Shown: in pieces, positions 28,288-35,569 of the stretch
How the letters are laid out: each line of letters starts with the position of its first letter
Position numbering within the stretch: the stretch's first letter is position 1
Source of the DNA: an uncultured Candidatus Saccharibacteria bacterium
Lineage (GTDB): Bacteria; Patescibacteriota; Saccharimonadia; Saccharimonadales; Saccharimonadaceae
Length of the DNA stretch: 55,745 bases
Assembly: GCA_964581485.1 (NCBI GenBank)
Contig: CAZOOQ010000001.1
Coordinates: 8,529 to 64,273, forward strand
Direction: 5' to 3'
Made by a program: the position numbers and the translations under genes
Notes under the pieces: generated by a model
Database searches by the model: none
Told to the model about the DNA's origin: nothing
Seen by the model: only the letters and a program-made list of their open reading frames with translations

Positions 28288-29615
28288 GGAGTGATAGTGC
28301 CTGTTAGTGTCACAGTATTTGAATACGGTGTCGCAGTGACAGCTTGTGACGCGGGGACGTCGAGTCGCAATTTTAGCGTCACGTAGTCGGGTGTGGCTTG
28401 CTGACCAGCCCGACTATAAAACGTCGTAGCAGCACCAGGAAACGCAGCGTAATTATTGCCGCCGCTCCATACGCCAGGAATTGCCGTGGCATTGGTTGCC
28501 GAAAGCGTAAACCCAAGCCCTTTGGTTGTTCCTTCGGTCCAGGGTGTAGGGGCAGCGATTGTCCCAGACACGCTCGGCACTGTATAGGCACCACTCGTGA
28601 GGTTGTTATTTTGACTAATCGCCAGTAGGTAGCTCGGTGCATCGGTCAGCACAATTGCATCAGCCAACGTAGTGTTCGAGGTGCCCGGCACGACTGAACC
28701 TAGACTAACTCCGCTGCCTGTGCCCGCTGTCACACCTAGATATTCCGCCTCGACTTCATCAACACGCAGAGCGCGGCTAAACAACTTCACCTCGTCGAGG
28801 CTTCCCGTCAGACTGGTGCCATAGCGACTCACGCCAATCTTAAAGGGTTGCGCAGTACTGCCGATATTTGCTGGGGGCGTGCCTGATGCAGAAGCATTGG
28901 CAAGAACGCCATTTTCATAGCAGTTGAGGGTTGTGCCTTGCTTGACAAACACGATATGCATCCAAGCACCTGGAGTGACTGGGCTACAGTAGCGATAGAC
29001 GTTAATGTTGTTGAGAAAAATCAACGGTGCGCCATTGACCTGAGTGATAGCAAACCCACCGACACCATCCTGCCACTTCCCCATCACATCGTAAGCACCA
29101 GTAGTAGAATTTGTAAGTTGCCAGTAACTGATGGTAAAATCGCTACTCTGAAAATCGTACGGTGTGCTGTCAGTCATCACCGCAGCATTCGTCGATCCAT
29201 CGAGCTGCAAGCCGCCGCTTATTTTGCCTGCCGCAAAGGTTTGAGCTGCCAAATCGATGCGCTTGGCCTGCGCTGACTGATCGTACGTCGCCCTGCCGCC
29301 CGTCTCTTCAAACGGCCAATATCCCACCATACCTGATGGCTGTAGTGTCAATTGCAAACTGCGCGGAAGTTGCGCTGTATAGCCGATACCCAACTTGTAG
29401 CTCCCACCTGCGCCATCTCCAATCACACTCTCGCCGCCACTGCTTGTGAGCTTGTATGACGAAGAGCTACTACTGTCACCAAAACTATTGCCGAGAACAC
29501 TGGCGTCGATTGCGTAGCTCGTCGAGCTGAAGCGTGCAGCCGAGACTGAGCCAACAAATAGCAATGATATAGCCACCGCGATACCAACTACACTCCAAGA
29601 CATTATCCCTCTCAT
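28284..29615 (-). CDS. Secreted LamG-like jellyroll protein with WxL/pilin-like C-terminal domain
   Basis: Signal peptide, VGYWPFEE...GSLDEVKLFSRAL (LamG), C-terminal YSNTVTLTGTITP. Confidence 0.8.
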   Translation of the reverse strand: MRGIMSWSVVGIAVAISLLFVGSVSAARFSSTSYAIDASVLGNSFGDSSSSSSYKLTSSGGESVIGDGAGGSYKLGIGYTAQLPRSLQLTLQPSGMVGYWPFEETGGRATYDQSAQAKRIDLAAQTFAAGKISGGLQLDGSTNAAVMTDSTPYDFQSSDFTISYWQLTNSTTGAYDVMGKWQDGVGGFAITQVNGAPLIFLNNINVYRYCSPVTPGAWMHIVFVKQGTTLNCYENGVLANASASGTPPANIGSTAQPFKIGVSRYGTSLTGSLDEVKLFSRALRVDEVEAEYLGVTAGTGSGVSLGSVVPGTSNTTLADAIVLTDAPSYLLAISQNNNLTSGAYTVPSVSGTIAAPTPWTEGTTKGLGFTLSATNATAIPGVWSGGNNYAAFPGAATTFYSRAGQQATPDYVTLKLRLDVPASQAVTATPYSNTVTLTGTITP

Positions 29616-29636
29616 GGTTGTTTTTAGTATACCAGT

Positions 29637-30464
29637 TCACACAAAAAATAGCAGTGGAGCGAGCAGTAGTATCAATCCGATTATCCGCACAGGGAGGGTG
29701 TTTTTGGCTGAGCGTTTCGCGAGTGGCAGCAGCTTCAGTCGATGAAGCACCAGGTACACTACCCAAGGAAAGACTAACAGCGCCATACCGACTGACATCA
29801 CCACAAAACGCCATAGCATTGGGTTTGTCGCGCCGAATCCATCTCGTACCGATATAAATCCAAGCGTGGTCAACATCCCGTACGCCGCGTCAGTCATCAC
29901 CTTCATTGGTCCGTACGTTGATGCTTTATCGATCTGCTCACCAGTTTGCCGACGAAGTTGTCCTGCCGCCTGACTGGCGGTCTGCAGTGTGTGCGCTGCC
30001 TGTTGGCCAGGCGAATTCGTAGGCGTACCATTGCCTTGCGGAACGTACTTAACTGTTAGTATTGTCTCAATCTGGGAAGCGCTGTAGGCATCGATACCAA
30101 GCAACTTCACCTCATGCGTACCAGGGTCAACCACTATCGTCATCGTATAGGTAGATTGACCGACCGTCGTCGGTATTGTCGTGTAGAGTACGCCGTCGAT
30201 ATAGACCATAATTTGTGTAATGTTATGGATGGTACCAGTAATCGTCACTGTAGAAGTATGGACCACACCCGACAATGGGAGCGGATCGACGGTGAGCGCT
30301 GAGGGCAATCCATCGCGCACCGTCACTGTCACTACTTCATCGACTGCATAGGCTGGTAGCGGCAAGACAACAAACACCCCAAGCACCATCAAAATCACGA
30401 TGGTGCTGGAGCGTTTAACGATGTCGACGAACGGATGTCGACGACTTGCGGCGGCGCATGACAT
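29637..30464 (-). CDS. Ig-like domain membrane protein (start uncertain)
   Basis: Signal-like segment, TVTITGTI...PGTHEVKL Ig-like domain, two C-terminal TM helices. Confidence 0.7.
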   Translation of the reverse strand: MSCAAASRRHPFVDIVKRSSTIVILMVLGVFVVLPLPAYAVDEVVTVTVRDGLPSALTVDPLPLSGVVHTSTVTITGTIHNITQIMVYIDGVLYTTIPTTVGQSTYTMTIVVDPGTHEVKLLGIDAYSASQIETILTVKYVPQGNGTPTNSPGQQAAHTLQTASQAAGQLRRQTGEQIDKASTYGPMKVMTDAAYGMLTTLGFISVRDGFGATNPMLWRFVVMSVGMALLVFPWVVYLVLHRLKLLPLAKRSAKNTLPVRIIGLILLLAPLLFFV

Positions 30465-31329
30465 CGATAACTCCTAGCAGTATCCCTAATCCAATCACGA
30501 TAAACAACCAATTTGGTGCGATCAAGACGAGCTGGTTTTTTGTCTGAGTTTTGCCGAGCATCGTCACACCGACTGAAGTAGTGTAGAGGCCAAACCATGG
30601 TGAACCTTCCCAGGAGATATCGACAATCCTCGTTGTCTCGGGCAGAACATAGCGCTCTTCTTCATGGGAGTATTTTGTGTTGCCAAAGAGATCCTTGACG
30701 ACAATGCTTGACGTCACCGGGAAGTCACTGTTGCCGGTATTTTGTATTTCGACTGTACTCGTGAGCGGTGCATATGGTTGATACCACGGTGTTGAAATAC
30801 TTTTCAGCTCGCCCTTGACGGTATTGTTGCCTTTGACGGTGATATACACCACACACCCGACACGGCGCTTACGGACGATAGATCCTTGATTATCAGTCGG
30901 CTGCGTCTCCGAAAACAACACTCCGTAGTGTCCACCAGGCGAAGCATTCTCAGGTACACGAATCGTAAATGGCACCGTTAGTCGTTCGCGTGGTCCTGCG
31001 TGCCATTTCGCCTGCGAAAATGCCACCCATTTGTAGACATCGGCACGCGGTACGGTCGTGTCATCATAATTTGGATCATACGTTTTGTCCTGGACCGAAT
31101 ACGGCGCCGCATAGGTCGTAAAATCATATGGCGTCTGCCCGTCATTGAGAATAATATAGCTATCGTTAATAACCTCGCCTGGCTCAACCGTATAATGCTT
31201 GTCGACCGGAGATAGCGTGATGCTCGATAGCGGATCTTCGGCAAACGCACTGCTCGCCGTACTCATAGCCAATAACAGGGCTACCATAAGCCCTGTTATT
31301 GACTGAGAAAGTAATCTCCCGATAGTCAC
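30415..31329 (-). CDS. DUF916/WxL-interacting-like protein with C-terminal TM anchor
   Basis: SITLSPV...PGE, VPFTIRVPENASPGGHYG, IQNTGN, VLPETTR, C-terminal TM + RRRK. Confidence 0.8.
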   Translation of the reverse strand: MTIGRLLSQSITGLMVALLLAMSTASSAFAEDPLSSITLSPVDKHYTVEPGEVINDSYIILNDGQTPYDFTTYAAPYSVQDKTYDPNYDDTTVPRADVYKWVAFSQAKWHAGPRERLTVPFTIRVPENASPGGHYGVLFSETQPTDNQGSIVRKRRVGCVVYITVKGNNTVKGELKSISTPWYQPYAPLTSTVEIQNTGNSDFPVTSSIVVKDLFGNTKYSHEEERYVLPETTRIVDISWEGSPWFGLYTTSVGVTMLGKTQTKNQLVLIAPNWLFIVIGLGILLGVIDVMRRRKSSTSVRRHR

Positions 31330-31337
31330 CGTAATTC

Positions 31338-31940
31338 CTAGTTGGCAGTACCGGTGAAGGTGACAGTGGCGACATAGTCACCGGTTGCTTTGCTCATATC
31401 AGCTTTCGCGCCAAAGAACACATTGGTAGCGTCACCAGTTGGTGCAGCAGCCGCAGTAGTTTTGATTGTCGTGGCACTCGTTGGTACGGCTGCCCATTTG
31501 GTAGAGGTTGGGTTGGCAACGTCAGTTTGTGCCACTGTTGAACCTGATCCAAATCCAGTACCTGCCGTTACGTCATCGAAACGGAAACCCCACGCATTGT
31601 TGTCGAGTGCTACAGGTGCGGCAATCGTACCGGCTGTCGGCACGAGGTTGTTTGCTCCATTGACAAGGTTGGCGGTACCCGAAGCGATCTTGAGGGTGTA
31701 GCCAGCAGAGGAGTTCGTAGTCACTGTCACTGTGTCAGAAGCAGTGGTAGCCGACCCCGCCGACGTTGGGGTGATTGCGAGCAACACCGACCCAGTCGTC
31801 GTTGCGACGGTGATTGATTTTGCGATACGTGCAGTGACCGTTGTGGTATTTGCAGCATATGCCGATGGCGCCAATACCAGTCCGACGATAGCCGCGACTC
31901 CAGCGCTCAAAGCGAGAGATGATTTCATGCGTTGTTTCAT
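31338..31940 (-). CDS. Secreted WxL/pilin-like small subunit (200 aa)
   Basis: Signal peptide ending AYA, Thr/Ala-rich, VTTNSSAGYTL, C-terminal GDYVATVTFTGTAN; AAGGA SD and strong promoter. Confidence 0.75.
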   Translation of the reverse strand: MKQRMKSSLALSAGVAAIVGLVLAPSAYAANTTTVTARIAKSITVATTTGSVLLAITPTSAGSATTASDTVTVTTNSSAGYTLKIASGTANLVNGANNLVPTAGTIAAPVALDNNAWGFRFDDVTAGTGFGSGSTVAQTDVANPTSTKWAAVPTSATTIKTTAAAAPTGDATNVFFGAKADMSKATGDYVATVTFTGTAN

Positions 31941-31974
31941 ATTAGTTGTTGTTCCTTTTTTATTATCTGGGGTG

Positions 31975-32004
31975 ATTATCGCATACTGCTTATGCGTATG
32001 TCAA
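31975..32004 (-). promoter_or_regulatory. Promoter of the WxL-like operon with a palindromic operator-like site
   Basis: Minus strand TTGACA-18-GATAAT; spacer contains CGCATA-N5-TATGCG. Confidence 0.65.
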
Positions 32005-32576
32005 TTTTGTTTTTGTAGTAAATTGCGCAACAATTCTTTTGTCCGCGCGTTACTCGTATGCTGAATACTCGCCATACCAGCCACCTCAGCACCCTCGCAG
32101 TTGTCTGCGAGATCATCAATCATCACACATCGCCCCTCTGGCAGTCCCATCCGCTCTGCCGTCAAGGTAAATATCGCCGGATTAGGCTTGGCAAGTCCCT
32201 CTTGGTACGACAGCACTACGGTATCAAAAAGCTCATGCAGCTCATCACCAAATAGCTGCTGGATAGTCCGCTCACCAATATTGCTCAGCATCCCCATACG
32301 GTACTTGCCTGTCGCTTTGAGTTCGCGCACGTAGGCTACTAGCTCATCATTCCGGAGTTGTTTTTTGCGCATAATCACTTCAACCTCTTGCGCCGTCTTG
32401 CCTATTACTGCCGCTGTCTGCTCGAGGTGCTCATCGTAGGATATATAGCCGTAATCTTTTTGTAGGTTGATGTCATAGACCTCCTGCTCGCGGCCTTCTG
32501 GCGCCATCGATGCGAGCAACGTGAGACTGCCCCTATACAGTACGCCAAAGCAGTCAAAAATAATCCCCTCTATCAT
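32001..32576 (-). CDS. HAD-family phosphatase
   Basis: IIFDCFGVL, LSN, KPNP, MIDD motifs; true start ATG 32576 lies 6 nt after TATACT. Confidence 0.9.
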   Translation of the reverse strand: MIEGIIFDCFGVLYRGSLTLLASMAPEGREQEVYDINLQKDYGYISYDEHLEQTAAVIGKTAQEVEVIMRKKQLRNDELVAYVRELKATGKYRMGMLSNIGERTIQQLFGDELHELFDTVVLSYQEGLAKPNPAIFTLTAERMGLPEGRCVMIDDLADNCEGAEVAGMASIQHTSNARTKELLRNLLQKQN

Positions 32577-32637
32577 TCCTACAGTATAGCCTTGTCGCCC
32601 CTTCAGGCGCAAGCTAGGCTCGGCGCAGCCTTCCCTA

Positions 32638-33237
32638 CTAGTACACTTGATCAAAGATTGGCTTAAAGTCTGGCACTTGATTGACAAACAGCGCCTGAAT
32701 CTGCACCGGCTTGGCTGACATATCGCCTTTTGAACCAGCACAGGTCGACGTCCATTCAGACTGATCGGTCGTCCCGTCTTTTGCAGTTTCAAACACAAAC
32801 GCTAAGCCATGAGTTGCACAGACACCGCGAATATCGGCTTGTGTTGTACTACGAGTCTTGGTGATATCGGCATTTTGCAGTGCATAGACAAATTGCTCAT
32901 ACGCCTTAGGGTTGTTGTCATAGCTTTGCGTCGCGACGACTTGGTCGAGATAACCACTATATACCGTATAGCTGCGAGATTTTGGCGAGACAATGATTTG
33001 GTAGGACTGGAACTTTTCGTCAGCTACAATCGGACCGCGTACCGTCCATCGCACAGAACGATTGGTGCTGGTGTCCAGCAGCGAGCTCGCGATGCCTTCG
33101 GTGTGAGTCGCTGCATCGCCACTCGAATTACCGGCAACTATCATACGCCCAACAGTGACAATCGCAGCGATAACCAGTGCCACGACCAGCACCACCATGA
33201 TAAGCGGGAAAATTCTTGGATTGGAGCCTTTGTACAT
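32638..33237 (-). CDS. Membrane-anchored hypothetical protein
   Basis: N-terminal TM, VRGPIVADE, two Cys. Confidence 0.75.
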   Translation of the reverse strand: MYKGSNPRIFPLIMVVLVVALVIAAIVTVGRMIVAGNSSGDAATHTEGIASSLLDTSTNRSVRWTVRGPIVADEKFQSYQIIVSPKSRSYTVYSGYLDQVVATQSYDNNPKAYEQFVYALQNADITKTRSTTQADIRGVCATHGLAFVFETAKDGTTDQSEWTSTCAGSKGDMSAKPVQIQALFVNQVPDFKPIFDQVY

Positions 33238-33284
33238 GCTCCCATCATGCCACTACAGAGGCCAAAAGTAAAGCATCGCTCACC

Positions 33285-33992
33285 TCATGCTGCGACCGCT
33301 GCCGAAAAAGCAGCACCGCGATGACCAAGTGCAAATGCAACTGCTTGCCGATGCAGTGTTTCTCGCTCTACAGCTTCATGCGCCTCCCGCACTTCGGCAA
33401 CCATACGAATCATCGATTCAAGCGCGACGTAATCTTCGTAGTCTCGTGCTACCTGCATGCCTTCACGAAAGACCGCTCGTTCCATATAAAACGATTCGCT
33501 CAGCTGGCCTGCAAGCGCAATCTGCGTGTGCCGAGGTTGCCTACGAATCGCTTGCTGTGTCAGTGGCGGTTGGTTGCCATAATACGACGGCGCGAGTTGA
33601 AGCCACAGTTGTCGCCCTGCATCAACCGACGCAGACAGTACACGGTGTGTGATTTCTCTGCCGCTCTGCAAATTGGCTTCGGCCACCATCCACGAATGTG
33701 GGTCTTCAATCGGCCGCCAGTTATCCCTCCCGACATAGAGTACCGTCGCTAGCTCGGGATTGACGCCTGCAAATGTCGGCGTCGCATAGACATAGTGCTG
33801 GCCATCAATATCGCGCGTCGGCCATGGATGATCACCACTACGACGCACCTCAGGGTCGGGTGCACCGAGCCACACACACTTTGCATAATCATACGCCGCA
33901 AATCCGTCTGGCATATCATGCAAATCCTCTGCAAGCTCGTAGAGTGCTGGCTGATGTTGCGCCTTTGACTCATATGACATATGCGTACCCAC
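33285..33992 (-). CDS. Hypothetical protein (start may be the ATG at 33980)
   Basis: 235-aa ORF co-oriented with neighbours, filling the gap. Confidence 0.6.
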   Translation of the reverse strand: MGTHMSYESKAQHQPALYELAEDLHDMPDGFAAYDYAKCVWLGAPDPEVRRSGDHPWPTRDIDGQHYVYATPTFAGVNPELATVLYVGRDNWRPIEDPHSWMVAEANLQSGREITHRVLSASVDAGRQLWLQLAPSYYGNQPPLTQQAIRRQPRHTQIALAGQLSESFYMERAVFREGMQVARDYEDYVALESMIRMVAEVREAHEAVERETLHRQAVAFALGHRGAAFSAAVAA

Positions 33993-34073
33993 TTTCGCTG
34001 CGACACTGCACTATTTATGTTTTGAATGTCTGCTCTTGTAATACACCCTCAGGACGAAAAGCACAAGAGGTTT

Positions 34074-35078
34074 CTAGGAATACGTACCGAATTTTTTGTT
34101 GTATAGTCCGTGCTCGCGAATCAGCTGGTTTAACCTATCACGCATCGGCAGCGGATCAACAAATCGCCAGTCAGCCAAATCACCATAAAAATCAGGCAAA
34201 ATACACAGCACAATAATCGGCGTTTTCTCTTCGCCACGACCGTTGTACTCAATCACGTAGCCGCGCTCGTCACCCTCGAGCAACTCGCGCTCCGTCAACC
34301 TCCCCTGCTGCACCAACTGCTCCATACGACGGCGAAATGAGCTCGGTGTTTTGACATCGATATTGATATAGCGCAGGTCTTGCGGGTCCTGGATTTGCAC
34401 GTCGATTCCAAGTGCATCTTGCGCACGATCGGTCATACATGCGTTGAAGCCGTTTTCTTTGGCGGCGAGGTAGACTGCAACCTCGCGCGTCAAGCCACGA
34501 ATAATCGACGTCCACTGCTCGTCACTAAAGCACGGTGCACCGACGCGTTTGCACATACGATCAGCCGCCTGCTTTACCCGATCGGCAAAGGCTCGTCGTC
34601 TTTCGTCATTCAGCTCGAGTATTGTCGCTACTAGCGTGTCGTTGAAATCAATCAACTCAAACAATCGCTCTTGTTTGTTGCGGTAGCCGTGTGGAAATTG
34701 ATCCATTTGCTTCTGAGCTAGCACGGCGCGTGGGGCTTGCGCGAGTAGTGCCGTCAAACCATCGAGCGGGTCGTTGGTCGCACGAAATTTTGCCTGGAGT
34801 GATTCGATATAACGATCGAGCGCGTTTACTTCGGGGCGTCGCTGCAGTTTCGACGCCACTACTTGCTCGGCACAATCGAAGAAGTCTGTGCTACTACACA
34901 CATATTCGATTGGTGCGACCGGTTGCGCATACTGGCTATCGAGCCGTGTATCTCGCCCACGCACCTCACGATGACGGTAGCGCCGTAGCCCGTGTTTACG
35001 AAATCGTTTTGGTTTGAAATGCTGCCAGCGGCCGCGATATTTCTGAAACATGAGAAATCCTTTGTTTGTTTCTGCCAA
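34074..35078 (-). CDS. Hypothetical protein, possible PD-(D/E)XK nuclease-like C-terminal domain (start uncertain)
   Basis: 334-aa ORF with GLTRE...QDALGIDV...INIDVKT pattern. Confidence 0.6.
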   Translation of the reverse strand: MAETNKGFLMFQKYRGRWQHFKPKRFRKHGLRRYRHREVRGRDTRLDSQYAQPVAPIEYVCSSTDFFDCAEQVVASKLQRRPEVNALDRYIESLQAKFRATNDPLDGLTALLAQAPRAVLAQKQMDQFPHGYRNKQERLFELIDFNDTLVATILELNDERRRAFADRVKQAADRMCKRVGAPCFSDEQWTSIIRGLTREVAVYLAAKENGFNACMTDRAQDALGIDVQIQDPQDLRYINIDVKTPSSFRRRMEQLVQQGRLTERELLEGDERGYVIEYNGRGEEKTPIIVLCILPDFYGDLADWRFVDPLPMRDRLNQLIREHGLYNKKFGTYS

Positions 35079-35134
35079 TCAATGACTGGCATTAGTATAG
35101 CAGCCTAGCGTTATTTGTCGATATGCTTCGGCTA

Positions 35135-35569
35135 CTATAGACCGGTGCTGCCGTAGCCGCCATCGCCTCGCTGGGTGTCGTCGAGCTCGTCGACTTCATC
35201 CCACTCGACAGTCTCGTAGGCCTGCACGACCATCTGTGCGATACGCATGCCAGGCTCTACGGTGAATGCTTCGCTGCTGGTGTTGAGCAGTATCACGCCG
35301 ACTTCCCCGCGATAATCCGCGTCGATCGTCCCCACGCCGTTTGCCGGCATGATACCGTGCTTTGCGGCCATGCCACTGCGTGCGCGAATCTGCGCTTCGT
35401 AGCCGATGGGGAGCGCCATCGCAAATCCGGTCGGGATAATCGCCCGCTCGTGTGGCGCGATGGTGACTGGCGCATCGATGCACGCCGCCACATCCATCGC
35501 CGCCGCCCCCGCAGTTTGGTACTGTGGCATGACGGCGTTTTTGTGAAGTTTTTTGAAACTAACCTTCAC
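35135..35569 (-). CDS. dut: dUTP diphosphatase
   Basis: AAAMD, RARSG, GTIDADYRGE, RIAQ, RGDGGYGSTG. Confidence 0.96.
   Translation of the reverse strand: MKVSFKKLHKNAVMPQYQTAGAAAMDVAACIDAPVTIAPHERAIIPTGFAMALPIGYEAQIRARSGMAAKHGIMPANGVGTIDADYRGEVGVILLNTSSEAFTVEPGMRIAQMVVQAYETVEWDEVDELDDTQRGDGGYGSTGL

Noticed and set aside
24470-31940. Prophage tail module
   Set aside because: All products have signal peptides or TM anchors; no integrase, terminase, capsid or lysis genes are present.
32577-32798. Extended N-termini in the ORF track (HAD; also polA 38302, PAS 16327, pyrG 51943, DHH-like 21064)
   Set aside because: The extensions overlap neighbouring genes or promoter boxes; family motifs and -10 spacing support the downstream starts.
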